Assembly: GCA_963754315.1 (NCBI GenBank)
Contig: CAVWFS010000019.1
Location: 256,001-320,000, forward strand
From: an uncultured Candidatus Rokubacteria bacterium
GTDB lineage: Bacteria > Methylomirabilota > Methylomirabilia > Rokubacteriales > CSP1-6
Length of the DNA stretch: 64,000 bases
Direction: 5' to 3'
The notes below the pieces were generated by a model, which saw only the letters and a program-made list of their open reading frames with translations, was not told where the DNA came from and did no database searches. Position numbers and translations under genes: made by a program. Positions 20,228 through 30,071 of this stretch are shown piece by piece; the stretch's first letter is position 1, and the number at the start of each line of letters is the position of its first letter.

Positions 20228-20869
20228 GTGCCGCCCTTGTCGGCGCCGTACCACTACGAGGCCCGGGCCTGGCGGGCAGGCCTGGCCAGGGTGGCCGGCG
20301 TGGACGAGGCGGGACGCGGCCCGCTGGCGGGTCCCGTGGTCGCTGCCGCCGTCATCATCACGCCGGCTCGGCGCATCAAGGGACTGGCCGACTCGAAGGT
20401 GCTCACGCCGGAGCGCCGTGAGGAGCTCTTCGCAGCCATCCTTGCTCGTGCCCTTGCGGTCGGGGTGGGGGTGATCGATCACGAAACGATCGACCGCGTC
20501 AACATCCTCGAAGCTACCCGGCGCGCCATGCTGGAAGCGGTCAGGAGCTTGACGATGCCACCCGAATTGGTCATCACCGACTTCGTCAAGCTGGTCAGCC
20601 TCCCCTGTCCTCAGCGCAATCTGATCGACGGAGACGCACGCTGCGCCAGCGTGGCCGCGGCCTCGATCATCGCCAAGGTCACGCGCGATCGCCTCATGAG
20701 CGAGGCGGACCAGCAGTTTCCCGAGTACGGCTTCGCCCGACACAAAGGATACGCGACCCCAGAGCATCTGGCCGCCCTCGACCGCCATGGCCCCTGCCCG
20801 CTGCATCGGCGGACCTTCTCCGGCGTGTGGCGTCAGGGCGAACTGTTTGCCCTTCTGGACGAGGACTGA
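20228..20869 (+). CDS. rnhB: Ribonuclease HII
   Basis: GVDEAGRGPLAGPVV, DSK, AAASIIAKVTRD, HKGY, HRRTF. Confidence 0.95.
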   Translation: MPPLSAPYHYEARAWRAGLARVAGVDEAGRGPLAGPVVAAAVIITPARRIKGLADSKVLTPERREELFAAILARALAVGVGVIDHETIDRVNILEATRRAMLEAVRSLTMPPELVITDFVKLVSLPCPQRNLIDGDARCASVAAASIIAKVTRDRLMSEADQQFPEYGFARHKGYATPEHLAALDRHGPCPLHRRTFSGVWRQGELFALLDED

Positions 20870-20930
20870 GGGGTGTCGGGGTTCGTCGACACTTTCACGG
20901 CTCGGCCCGCTGCGCTATGAAGGATCTCTC

Positions 20931-21296
20931 ATGGATCTCCGGCGGGCGCGAGGTCAGGCAGCCGAAGCGACGGCCGCCGCCTTTCTCACCCAGACGGGTC
21001 TGCGGGTCGTCGAGCGCAACGTCCGCTTCGCCCTCGGCGAAATCGACCTCGTCTGTCGAGACGGAGAGACGGTCGTCTTCGTGGAGGTAAAGTGCCGCCA
21101 GGCACGCTGGGGCGACGATCCGTCCACCGCCGTGTCGTGGTCGAAGCGTCGGCGGCTCGGCCAGCTGGCCGCCTTGTATCTGAAGGCGCGCGGTCTGGGA
21201 GAGGTGCGCTGCCGGTTCGATGTGGTCGCCGTCACGATGGACGGTGACGCATCGGCGCTCGTCCGGCATATTCCTCACGCCTTCGACCTGGCGTGA
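20931..21296 (+). CDS. yraN: YraN family (UPF0102) nuclease-fold protein
   Basis: GEIDLV, VFVEVK, RFDVV; follows rnhB. Confidence 0.9.
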   Translation: MDLRRARGQAAEATAAAFLTQTGLRVVERNVRFALGEIDLVCRDGETVVFVEVKCRQARWGDDPSTAVSWSKRRRLGQLAALYLKARGLGEVRCRFDVVAVTMDGDASALVRHIPHAFDLA

Positions 21297-21311
21297 GGCC
21301 GGCGCCTCGCA

Positions 21312-21340
21312 TTGCATCGTGTCGGCGCGGTCGGTACACT
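21312..21340 (+). promoter_or_regulatory. sigma70 promoter TTGCAT-N17-TACACT giving a near-leaderless transcript of the catabolic operon
   Basis: 17-nt spacer; ATG 8 nt after the -10; no SD. Confidence 0.7.
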
Positions 21341-21348
21341 CTCGAGCC

Positions 21349-22392
21349 ATGACCGTACGCTGGGATAGCTATCGCACTGCCTTGCCTTCCATCGCCCATG
21401 CAGTGGGCCACACGCCGCTCGTGAGACTCAATCGCCTCACGACCTCGGGCCCGGCCATCTACGTCAAGGTGGAATGGTATGGCCCCTCCGGCAGCTTGAA
21501 GGATCGAATCTATCTGCACATGTTCGAGCAGGCGGAACGGCGGGGCGATCTGCGGCCGGGCATACGCGTCCTCGAGTGCTCGACCGGCAATGCCGGCATC
21601 GCGTGCGCTTTCGTGGCCGCCGTGAAGGGCTACCCCTGCACGATCGTGATGCCGGAGGGCATGAGCGAGGAGCGCAAGAAGATCATGCGGGCCTACGGCG
21701 CCGAGCTGGTCTTCACAGCCGGAGGCGAGAGCGACGTCGATCTCTCCCTGACGAGGCTCGATGAGATTCGAGCTCGTGATCCCGACGGGTACTGGGTGCC
21801 CGGGCAATTCGCCAACACCGACAACATCGATGCGCACTACCGCAGCACGGGGCCCGAGCTCTGGGAGCAGAGCGGCGGGATCGTGGGCGCCTTCGTGGCC
21901 GCCCAGGGCAGCGGCGGGACTCTGACCGGGGTGGGTCGCTACCTGCGCGAACGTGACAGTCGAGTCAAACTCTACGCGGTAGAACCGGAGGAGTGCGCGT
22001 TGCTGGCGCGGCGGGCCTGGGGTCCGCATGGCATCGAGGGGATCGGCGACGGCTTCATCCCCGAGAACCTGGACGTTGCCCTCCTCACCGGGGTCATCAC
22101 CACCACCACCGAGGAGAGTCTCGCCCTGGCTCGACGCCTGGCGAGGGAGGAAGGGCTCTTCTGCGGGATCTCCACCGGCTGCAACGTGGCGGCGGCCCTC
22201 AAGCTGGCCCGGCACCATCCGGCGCTGCCGTCGATCATCACCATGGCCAACGATACCGGCCAGCGCTACTTCACCACGCCCCTCTGCGGTGAGGCCAAGC
22301 ACGTGTCGGTGCCCGAACGGGAGCATCCCCTGGACGCGCGGACCCTCCGCGAGCTGGACCGCCACCAGGCGCGCTGGGAAATCCTCGCGTGA
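21349..22392 (+). CDS. PLP-dependent cysteine synthase/CBS-family enzyme (fold type II)
   Basis: GHTPLVRL, PSGSLKDR (PLP Lys), STGNAG, GSGGT, IEGIG. Confidence 0.88.
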   Translation: MTVRWDSYRTALPSIAHAVGHTPLVRLNRLTTSGPAIYVKVEWYGPSGSLKDRIYLHMFEQAERRGDLRPGIRVLECSTGNAGIACAFVAAVKGYPCTIVMPEGMSEERKKIMRAYGAELVFTAGGESDVDLSLTRLDEIRARDPDGYWVPGQFANTDNIDAHYRSTGPELWEQSGGIVGAFVAAQGSGGTLTGVGRYLRERDSRVKLYAVEPEECALLARRAWGPHGIEGIGDGFIPENLDVALLTGVITTTTEESLALARRLAREEGLFCGISTGCNVAAALKLARHHPALPSIITMANDTGQRYFTTPLCGEAKHVSVPEREHPLDARTLRELDRHQARWEILA

Positions 22393-23345
22393 AGCCGTCC
22401 GAGTACGATTTCGTGGCGGCACGTCGTCGCCTGGAGGACAAGCCGAAGACGGCGGGCGAGAAGCTCACGACCATCGAGGACGCGGTGGCGCTCGTCCGGG
22501 ACGGCGATCACCTCGCGGTCGGGGGATGTCTCTTCTCGCGCACGCCGATGGCCCTCGTGCGCGAGATCCTGCGCCAGCGCCGTCGGGGGCTTACCCTCTC
22601 GCGCAACCTCATGTGCACCGAGGGGGAATTCCTGATGGTCACCGGAGGCGTCGAGCGCGTCGTCACCGCCTGGATGTCCATCGGGCTCCCGTGGGGCGTG
22701 TCGAGAATCCTCCGACACTATGTGGAATCGGGCCAGGTGGCGCTCGAGGAATGGAGCCACCTCGCCCTCGGGTTGCGCTTCCGTGCAGCAGCCATGGGCA
22801 TCCCCTTTCTGCCGGCCCTCACCATGCTCGGCTCGGATCTGATGGGGGTAGGCGGGATGAAGACGATCGAGGATCCGTATACGGGACAGAGCCTGGCGGC
22901 GGTGCCCGCCCTCTTCCCGGACGTCGCCATCCTGCACGTTCACCGGGCCGACCGATTCGGCAACGCGCAGATCGACGGCTATCCTCACATGGACGCCGAC
23001 ATCGCAAGGGCCGCCACCACGGTGCTGATGACCACCGAGGAGATCATCCCCGAGGAGGACATACGCCGCTACCCGGACCGCACGGTCATCCCGGGTTTTG
23101 TCGTCGACGCCCTCGTGCACGTGCCGTTCGGGTCGTTCCCGCACGAATGCTACGCGCTCTATGAGGCCGACTACGATCACTTCCAGGACTACACGGCGGC
23201 CATCGACGCCGGGGGGCCGGCGGCGGTGGTGGACTATCTCGAACGCTATGTGTTTCGGCCGCCAACGTTCGCGGACTATCTCGATCTGTTCGGCGGCGCG
23301 CGGCTGGCTGCCCAGCAGAAGAAGGCTCGGGAGCTCACCCGATGA
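22389..23345 (+). CDS. CoA-transferase subunit A (glutaconate CoA-transferase-like)
   Basis: VRDGDHLAVGG, LRFRAAAMGIPFLP, PDVAILHVHRADRFGN. Confidence 0.87.
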   Translation: MKPSEYDFVAARRRLEDKPKTAGEKLTTIEDAVALVRDGDHLAVGGCLFSRTPMALVREILRQRRRGLTLSRNLMCTEGEFLMVTGGVERVVTAWMSIGLPWGVSRILRHYVESGQVALEEWSHLALGLRFRAAAMGIPFLPALTMLGSDLMGVGGMKTIEDPYTGQSLAAVPALFPDVAILHVHRADRFGNAQIDGYPHMDADIARAATTVLMTTEEIIPEEDIRRYPDRTVIPGFVVDALVHVPFGSFPHECYALYEADYDHFQDYTAAIDAGGPAAVVDYLERYVFRPPTFADYLDLFGGARLAAQQKKARELTR

Positions 23346-24109
23346 CCGACGTCAACGCCGCCGAGCTCCTCGCCGTGATGGCCTCCCGGCAGCTTTGCGA
23401 CGACACCACCGTTTTCGCCGGTGTCGGCGTCCCCCTCCTGGCCGCGGCCCTCGCCAAGCAGCGCCACGCCCCCCGCCTGACCATGGTCATCGAGGGCGGA
23501 ATCATTGGCCCCCAGATCGCTCCCGGTCGTCTGCCTGTCTCTACCAACGAGATGCGGGCGGGCCATCGCGCCACCATGCTGCCGGGGATCACCGACGCCT
23601 TTCTGTTCGCCCAGAGAGGCTTCGTCGACGTCGGGTTCATGGGCGGCGCCCAAATCGATCCGTACGGCAACATCAACACGAGCGCCATCGGGGGCGACTA
23701 CTGGAAGCCCAAGGTTCGGCTCCCCGGTACGGGGGGCGCCAACGACATCGCCTCTCTCTGTCGTGAGGTCATCATCGTCACCCCCCACGAGAAGCGCCGG
23801 TTCATCGAACGCGTGGACTTCATCACCAGCCCCTCGTGGCTCGAGGGCGACGACTCCCGTCGGCGGGCCGGTTTGCTCTTCGGCGGCGTGTCGCGGGTTG
23901 TGACCACCCTCGGTCTGTTCGGCTTCGATCCCGCCACACGCCGCATGCGCATCGAGGCCACCCACCCAGGCGTGTCCATCGATGTCATCCGGGTGCAGAC
24001 GGGCTTCGAGCTCGGTGTGGCGCCCGAGGTGACCGTCACCGAACCGCCGACCGCCGAGGAGCTGGCCATGCTGCGAGCACTCGATCCGGAACGCCGGTTT
24101 TTGGGTTAG
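23342..24109 (+). CDS. CoA-transferase subunit B
   Basis: FAGVGVP, MVIEGG, GGAQIDPYGNIN, RLPGTGGAND, VDFITSP. Confidence 0.87.
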   Translation: MTDVNAAELLAVMASRQLCDDTTVFAGVGVPLLAAALAKQRHAPRLTMVIEGGIIGPQIAPGRLPVSTNEMRAGHRATMLPGITDAFLFAQRGFVDVGFMGGAQIDPYGNINTSAIGGDYWKPKVRLPGTGGANDIASLCREVIIVTPHEKRRFIERVDFITSPSWLEGDDSRRRAGLLFGGVSRVVTTLGLFGFDPATRRMRIEATHPGVSIDVIRVQTGFELGVAPEVTVTEPPTAEELAMLRALDPERRFLG

Positions 24110-24135
24110 CCGGAACCTTCCCCAAGGCGGCGCGC

Positions 24136-25071
24136 ATGCACGTCGGGCTTGCTATCAAGAACTTCGTGGGGCCGACGGAGACCCCGGACGCCGACGCCAT
24201 CCTCGCGTACGCCGAACGCGCGGAAGCCCTCGGCTTCGAGTCCCTGTGGGCGTGGGACCACGTGATCCTGGGCGTTGAGCCTGCCTTCCCCATCCTGGAT
24301 GCCGTGGGGATCTTGACCGCCATCGCTGCCCGCACCCGCACTATCAAGCTGGGAACCGGAGTGATGGTGCTACCGCTGCGCAATCCCACGGTGACGGCCA
24401 AGGCCCTCGGTACCCTGGACGTCATCTCCCGGGGCCGGCTCATCCTGGGGGTGGCGGCTGGCTGGTACGCGCGGGAATTCGACGCGGTGGGAGTCCCGTT
24501 CAAGCAACGGGGCCGCATGTTCGAGCGCAACCTCGACATCCTCACCAGGTTGTGGACGGAGGACCGGGTGACCCTGCGCGTCGACGAGTTCAACCTGCGC
24601 GAGGCCGTCATGCGCCCCCGGCCAACCCAGCAGCCGCGTCCACCCATCCTCATTGGAGGGTACGTCGACGCGGTGCTCAAGCGAGTAGCCACCCATGCCG
24701 ACGGGTGGCTCACCTACTTCTATACGCCGGAGAGCTATCGACGGTCCTGGGACAAGATCATGGGCTTCGCGCGCGACACGGGGCGTGACCCTCGGACTCT
24801 CACCGGCACCAATCAGTTGGCGATCTATGTCGGCCAATCACGCGCGGAGACAGAGGCACCCATGCGCCACTGGCTCCAGACCGAGTGGGATGTGGCGGCC
24901 TGGAGCGAGTCGACCATCGAGCACGCGATTCGAGGCAACGTCGAGGAATGCGTCGGCCAGCTCCGGGCCCACCTGGAGACGGGCGTGGACCGTATTATTC
25001 TGATCCCGTACCGTTACGACCCCGCTCAGGTGGATCTCATTGCCCGGGAGATTCTTCCCCGCCTCCGCTAA
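24136..25071 (+). CDS. LLM class (luciferase-like) flavin/F420-dependent oxidoreductase
   Basis: AEALGFESLWAWDH, LGTGVMVLPLRNP, LDVISRGRLILGVAAGW, PPILIGG. Confidence 0.88.
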   Translation: MHVGLAIKNFVGPTETPDADAILAYAERAEALGFESLWAWDHVILGVEPAFPILDAVGILTAIAARTRTIKLGTGVMVLPLRNPTVTAKALGTLDVISRGRLILGVAAGWYAREFDAVGVPFKQRGRMFERNLDILTRLWTEDRVTLRVDEFNLREAVMRPRPTQQPRPPILIGGYVDAVLKRVATHADGWLTYFYTPESYRRSWDKIMGFARDTGRDPRTLTGTNQLAIYVGQSRAETEAPMRHWLQTEWDVAAWSESTIEHAIRGNVEECVGQLRAHLETGVDRIILIPYRYDPAQVDLIAREILPRLR

Positions 25072-25171
25072 GCCCGGCCCCGCGTGCTACGCTCAACACG
25101 AAGGGACCCGGGGTAGGGTAGCTCGACCGGGGTCCGTCGCTTCCAACGCTCGCACGGTGAGGGAACGCAAC

Positions 25172-26101
25172 ATGAGCCTGCCCTTGATCTTCTCGGGTGT
25201 GATGCCAGCAAACCTGCTACCGTTCAAGGCCGATCTCTCCATCGACGACAACGCGTATCGCCGGCACCTGCGCTGGCTGGCCGACACGCGCGGGGTGACT
25301 GGCATCGTGGCCAACGGCCACGCGGCCGAGGTCTCGTCTTTGAGCCGCGAGGAACGGGTGAGAGCACTCGCCATCGCCGTCGACGAGATCGCCGGCGCCT
25401 GCCCGGTCGTCGCTGGTGTCTACGCCGACGGAACCCAGGATGCTGTCGCCCTCGCCAGGGATGCGAAGGTGGCGGGGGCCGCCGGGCTCCTGGTCTTTCC
25501 CCCGACGCTCTTCATGTGGGGAGCCCAGCTCAAGCCGGACATGGTGGTTCGTCACTTCTCGGATGTCGCGTCCGCGACCGATCTGCCCATCATCGTCTTC
25601 GAGTACCCACCCGCCTCGGGCATCGGTTACGCGCCGGAGACTCTGGCCAGGCTGACCGAGATCCCGCACATCGCCGGCGTGAAGGACTGGTCGAACGACA
25701 TCGTCACCTTCGAGCGGAATCTGCGCGCCCTGCGCGCGACCGGACGGCCGGTGGCCATGCTGTCAGCGTTCACGATGTCTCTGATGTCGACCTTCCTGCT
25801 CGGAGCCGACGGGGCCATCTCCGGTATGGGCAGCGTGGTAGCGGATCTTCAGGCAGAGCTGTTCGACCTTTGCCAAAAGGGTGACCTCGATCAAGCGCGA
25901 CGGCTGAACGATCGGCTCGATCCACTCGTTCGAGTCTTCTACGCCCCGCCCTTCGTCGACATGCACAACCGGATGAAGGAGGCCTTGGTGCTCCTTGGGC
26001 GCCTTCCGGCCGCCTACGTGCGCCCCCCACTCACTCCGGTGAGCGAAGTTGAGCGCGAGGCCATCCGCGCCGCCCTTCGCGCCGCCGGCCTCGCACTCTA
26101 G
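25172..26101 (+). CDS. DapA/NAL-family aldolase (class I Schiff base)
   Basis: NGHAAEVSSL, IAGVKDWS Lys, VRPPL; the active-site loop differs from the GTTGE of true DapA. Confidence 0.82.
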   Translation: MSLPLIFSGVMPANLLPFKADLSIDDNAYRRHLRWLADTRGVTGIVANGHAAEVSSLSREERVRALAIAVDEIAGACPVVAGVYADGTQDAVALARDAKVAGAAGLLVFPPTLFMWGAQLKPDMVVRHFSDVASATDLPIIVFEYPPASGIGYAPETLARLTEIPHIAGVKDWSNDIVTFERNLRALRATGRPVAMLSAFTMSLMSTFLLGADGAISGMGSVVADLQAELFDLCQKGDLDQARRLNDRLDPLVRVFYAPPFVDMHNRMKEALVLLGRLPAAYVRPPLTPVSEVEREAIRAALRAAGLAL

Positions 26102-26402
26102 ATCGCGGAGTGGTCCGTGGGGAACGTTAGGTGACTGCTTGTCCGAGAAGACACCCCTGATTGCACCAAAATAGCGCGGCGACGCAAGATTTTCGGCCAG
26201 GACTCGACGATACTGCGGGCTCGGTGACGCTCGGCGCATAGACTCACGCCCGAGGACCGTGCGCCCTCGGGTGGATGGTCGTGGTGGGCCGCCTCGGCGG
26301 GCCCGCAATGCCTTGCGTGTCGATGTCTTTTCGTGTAGATAGGATCAACTTCCACGATGAACTCTGTGCCCGAATTGTGGGCGCTTTCAAGGAGGAGAAT
26401 AT

Positions 26403-27707
26403 ATGGCGGACCGGTGGCAGGACGAGCCCTGGACACAGGGCATGTGGTGGAGTGGCAAGACGACGCGGCGCAAGTTCATTGGCCTCTCGGCGGCGGCGGC
26501 CGGTGCGCTCGGCGCCTCTACTTTGGTTCCGGCTCCGTGGCGCGAAGCGTTCGGCCAGGCCAAGCCGTACAAGCTCGGCACCCTACAACCGCTGTCGGGG
26601 ACGGCGGCGGCGGGTGGCAAGACGGCGCTGGTCGGCATTCAGATGGCGGTGGACCGAATCAACAAGAGCGGCGGCGTCAACGGCCGGCCAATCGAGTTGC
26701 TGGTGGCGGACTACGAGTCGAAGCCCGATGTCGGTCGGCGCAAAGCCGAGAAACTCGTGGTCGAGGACATGATCGACGCCCACGCCGGCGGCTATCTGTC
26801 CAACGTGTGCCTGGCTTGCATGCCCGTCTACGAAGAGCACAAGGTGGTCAACATGATCACGGTGTGCCTGGATACCACCATTACCACGAGCAAGTGCAGC
26901 CGCTATACCTTCCGGCCCTTCGACTTCGCCCCCGCCCAGGCGGTGGCCGCGACGCCTTATATGGTCAACAAGATGGGCAAGAAATGGCACATTGCCTTCG
27001 CCGACTATGCGTGGGGTCAGTCGACCAAGGACGCATTTGTGGAGGGCATTAAGAAGAACGGCGGGGAGGTGGTGGGCACCACCGGCATTCCCCTCGGCAC
27101 CGCGGACATGACGGCCTTCCTCTCCAAGATCACCGGGAACTTCGACGGGCTGTGGGGCATCTTCTTCGGCCCCCAGGGCATCGCGTTTGTGACCCAGAGC
27201 TTCGACCTCGGGCTGTCGAAGAAGTACAAGCTCGGAGGCGACGGCGCCATTGCCGTCTCCGTGAACCTCCCGGCCCTCGGGAGCAAGGGGGACGGCTTCG
27301 TGGGCATCGATCGGTACGTGCCCGTGCTGGAGGGCGTCTTCAACACGCCGTCTCACAAGAAGTTCCTGGACGAAGCGGTAGCTCGCCTGAAGCAGATCGA
27401 TCCCACCGGTCCCTTACCGGATCGGTACGTGCAGTCGAACTATGAAGGTGTCAACGCGCTCAGGATCGGGATGCAGAAGTCGGGGTTCAAGAGCCGCGAG
27501 GACACCCCGAAGCTGATCGAGGCCCTTGAAGGGCTCGAGATGAAGGAAGGGGATGATTTCCCACAGGGGGACAAGACCCTCCGCAAGGAAGACCATCAAG
27601 CCTTCACCCGCGAGTTCGTCTTCGAGATCCGAAGTGGCAAGCACCGGATCCTGGAGGTCGTCCCCAAGGAGAAAACCGTCGTCCCGGCCGCCTGCAAGTT
27701 CGCGTAG
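26403..27707 (+). CDS. ABC transporter substrate-binding protein (Liv type), Tat signal
   Basis: TRRKFIG signal, INKSGGVNGRPIEL, DYAWGQS; SD AAGGAGG. Confidence 0.88.
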   Translation: MADRWQDEPWTQGMWWSGKTTRRKFIGLSAAAAGALGASTLVPAPWREAFGQAKPYKLGTLQPLSGTAAAGGKTALVGIQMAVDRINKSGGVNGRPIELLVADYESKPDVGRRKAEKLVVEDMIDAHAGGYLSNVCLACMPVYEEHKVVNMITVCLDTTITTSKCSRYTFRPFDFAPAQAVAATPYMVNKMGKKWHIAFADYAWGQSTKDAFVEGIKKNGGEVVGTTGIPLGTADMTAFLSKITGNFDGLWGIFFGPQGIAFVTQSFDLGLSKKYKLGGDGAIAVSVNLPALGSKGDGFVGIDRYVPVLEGVFNTPSHKKFLDEAVARLKQIDPTGPLPDRYVQSNYEGVNALRIGMQKSGFKSREDTPKLIEALEGLEMKEGDDFPQGDKTLRKEDHQAFTREFVFEIRSGKHRILEVVPKEKTVVPAACKFA

Positions 27708-27726
27708 GGTGACCACGGGGTCGCCC

Positions 27727-28500
27727 ATGAGCCCCCCGGCCGGCAACGGTCGGGGGGGCGTCCTTCCCGCCATCCTCCAGACCGACGGTCTCACCATGCA
27801 GTTCGGAGGATTGACCGCCCTCAGCAATGTCTCGGTGAGCGTGCGGCAGGGCGAGATCCGCGCCGTGATCGGCCCCAACGGCGCCGGGAAATCGACCTTC
27901 TTCAACTGCCTGACCGGCGTGCTCCGCCCCACCAGCGGCCGCATCATGCTCGACGGCGAGGACATCACCGGACTGCCGCCGGATCGGATCTCCCAGAAGG
28001 CCATGGCCCGCTCCTACCAGATCACGAACATCCTGCCGGGAGCCACCGTGCTGGAGAACGTTCGCATTGCCGCCCAATCTCGACACCACGCGTGGAGTCT
28101 TCTGCGTCACCATCGGCACTACTCCGACGTGGTCGAGCGGGCGCGGGCGGTGCTGGGGGCGGTCAACCTCCTCGAGAAGGAAGACGAGCTGGGAGCCAAC
28201 CTCTCCCATGGGGAGCAGCGCAATCTGGAGATCGGCATCGCGTTGGCCACCGAGCCCAAGCTGCTCTGCCTCGACGAACCGACCGCCGGCATGAGCGTGG
28301 CTGAGACGCATCAGACGGTGGAGCTGATCAGGCGCATCGCGCGCAACCTCACCATCATGATCGTCGAGCACGACATGGAGGTGGTGATGGGGTTGGCCCA
28401 CACCATCACCGTGCTGCACTACGGGGAGGTTCTCGCCGAGGGCAGCCCTGCCCAGATTCAAGCGAACGCCCGCGTGCAGGAGGTCTACCTCAAGACCTAA
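27727..28500 (+). CDS. ABC ATP-binding protein (LivG-like)
   Basis: GPNGAGKST, LSHGEQR, LDEPTAG, EHDM. Confidence 0.9.
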   Translation: MSPPAGNGRGGVLPAILQTDGLTMQFGGLTALSNVSVSVRQGEIRAVIGPNGAGKSTFFNCLTGVLRPTSGRIMLDGEDITGLPPDRISQKAMARSYQITNILPGATVLENVRIAAQSRHHAWSLLRHHRHYSDVVERARAVLGAVNLLEKEDELGANLSHGEQRNLEIGIALATEPKLLCLDEPTAGMSVAETHQTVELIRRIARNLTIMIVEHDMEVVMGLAHTITVLHYGEVLAEGSPAQIQANARVQEVYLKT

Positions 28501-29207
28501 TGCTGCGCCTGGACAACGTTCACACCTTCTACGGAAAGTCTCACATCCTGCATGGTGTCTCCCTCGAGATCCAGACAGGCGAGGTGGTGGGATTACTCGG
28601 CCGCAACGGCGTCGGCAAGTCCACCACGCTCAAGACGATCATGGGGCTCGTGCGACCCTCCGAAGGTCAAATCACCTTCGAGGAGCGCCGCATCACCGGG
28701 GTGGCCCCCCACCACCTGGCGCGCCAGGGCATCGCCTGGGTCCCGGAAGACCGCCGCATCTTCCGGCTGCTCACCGTGCAGGAAAACCTGCGCGTCGGGC
28801 TCGATCGGAGTGGGGTCACCGAGGCTCGCAAGCGCGCCCTGCTCGATCGTGTCTTCGAGAGCTTTCCGCGCCTCAAGGAGCGCCGCGACCAGGCGGGCGG
28901 GACCCTTTCCGGAGGGGAGCAGCAGATGCTCGCCATCGCGCGAGCCATGATGTTGGAGCCCCGAATCATTCTGCTCGACGAACCCACCGAGGGGCTCATG
29001 CCTCGCATGGTCGCGGAGATCCGTGACATCGTAGGGGTACTCCACCGGGAGGGCGTGGCCATCCTGCTCGTCGAGCAAAACGTGCCGCTCACCCTCGAAG
29101 CTGCTGGGCGCGTGTACATCATGGAGAAGGGGGTGGTACGCCACCACGCTCCATCCGCCGAGCTGCGTGCCAACCAAACCGTCATCCACCAGTATCTGGG
29201 GATCTAA
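28500..29207 (+). CDS. ABC ATP-binding protein (LivF-like)
   Basis: GRNGVGKST, LSGGEQQ, LDEPTEGL, VEQN. Confidence 0.9.
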   Translation: MLRLDNVHTFYGKSHILHGVSLEIQTGEVVGLLGRNGVGKSTTLKTIMGLVRPSEGQITFEERRITGVAPHHLARQGIAWVPEDRRIFRLLTVQENLRVGLDRSGVTEARKRALLDRVFESFPRLKERRDQAGGTLSGGEQQMLAIARAMMLEPRIILLDEPTEGLMPRMVAEIRDIVGVLHREGVAILLVEQNVPLTLEAAGRVYIMEKGVVRHHAPSAELRANQTVIHQYLGI

Positions 29208-29210
29208 TCA

Positions 29211-30071
29211 GTGGACGCGTTCGTCATCCAGACCGTCAACGGGATTGTGAGCGGCATGATCCTCGCCCTCGTGGCGTCAGGGCTCACCCTGATCTTCGGC
29301 ATCATGGACGTCGTCAACTTCGCCCACGGGGACCTGGTGATGCTGGGCGGCTTCACCGGGGCCACCACGCTCGCTCTTACCGGCAACTTCTGGCTGGCCC
29401 TCCTTGTGGCTGCCCTCGTGATCGCCGTCTTCGGAGCGGCACTGCAGATCAGCGCCCTGCGACCCCTTCTCGGGCGCGATCCGCTCACCACGATTCTCGC
29501 CACCTTCGGCATCTCGCTGGTCCTGCAGAAGTACGCGCTGTGGCAGTGGGGCCCGACCGCCCGGAAGATTCAGGAGCCCCTCACCGGCCAGTTCACGATG
29601 TTCTACCTGCAGTATCCCTGGTACCGAATCCTCACTGCCGTCCTGGCGGCGGCCATCATCGGTGCCCTGTACCTGTTCCTGCGCTACGCCAAGTACGGCG
29701 TGTGGATCCGCGCTACCACCCAGGACCGCATCATGGCGCAGGCGATGGGCATCCCGGTGCCGCTGGTCCATACAGGCGTCTTCGCCATCGGAGCGGGCAT
29801 GGCCGCCGCCAGCGGCGTGCTGTTCGGCCCGCTGGGCGGCGTCACCCAGAACATGGGCTTCGACTTTACCTTGCGGGCCTTCATCGTCGTGGTGGTGGGC
29901 GGCATGGGGAACCTGGGCGGCTCCATCTTGGCGTCCATCTTCATCAGCATGCTGGAGGCCTACGCCGCGTTGGTGGTGAGCCCCGCCCAGGCGGTCATCG
30001 TCTCGTTCGTCGCCCTGATCCTGACCCTGCTCTTCCGACCGACCGGGCTCTTCGTGCCCACCCCGAAATGA
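29211..30071 (+). CDS. ABC permease (LivH-like)
   Basis: GLTLIFGIMDVVNFAHG, VVVGGMG. Confidence 0.9.
   Translation: MDAFVIQTVNGIVSGMILALVASGLTLIFGIMDVVNFAHGDLVMLGGFTGATTLALTGNFWLALLVAALVIAVFGAALQISALRPLLGRDPLTTILATFGISLVLQKYALWQWGPTARKIQEPLTGQFTMFYLQYPWYRILTAVLAAAIIGALYLFLRYAKYGVWIRATTQDRIMAQAMGIPVPLVHTGVFAIGAGMAAASGVLFGPLGGVTQNMGFDFTLRAFIVVVVGGMGNLGGSILASIFISMLEAYAALVVSPAQAVIVSFVALILTLLFRPTGLFVPTPK

Noticed and set aside
25072..25171. Imperfect GGACCC..GGGTCC hairpin before the DapA-like gene
   Set aside because: Single imperfect stem, unrelated to the repeat family, with no other support
26102..26402. 300-bp leader with hairpins upstream of the binding-protein gene
   Set aside because: No riboswitch consensus recognised; hairpins are expected at this GC content
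27731..27759. GCAA-loop hairpin after the binding-protein gene
   Set aside because: Stabilising hairpins are common after ABC binding-protein genes
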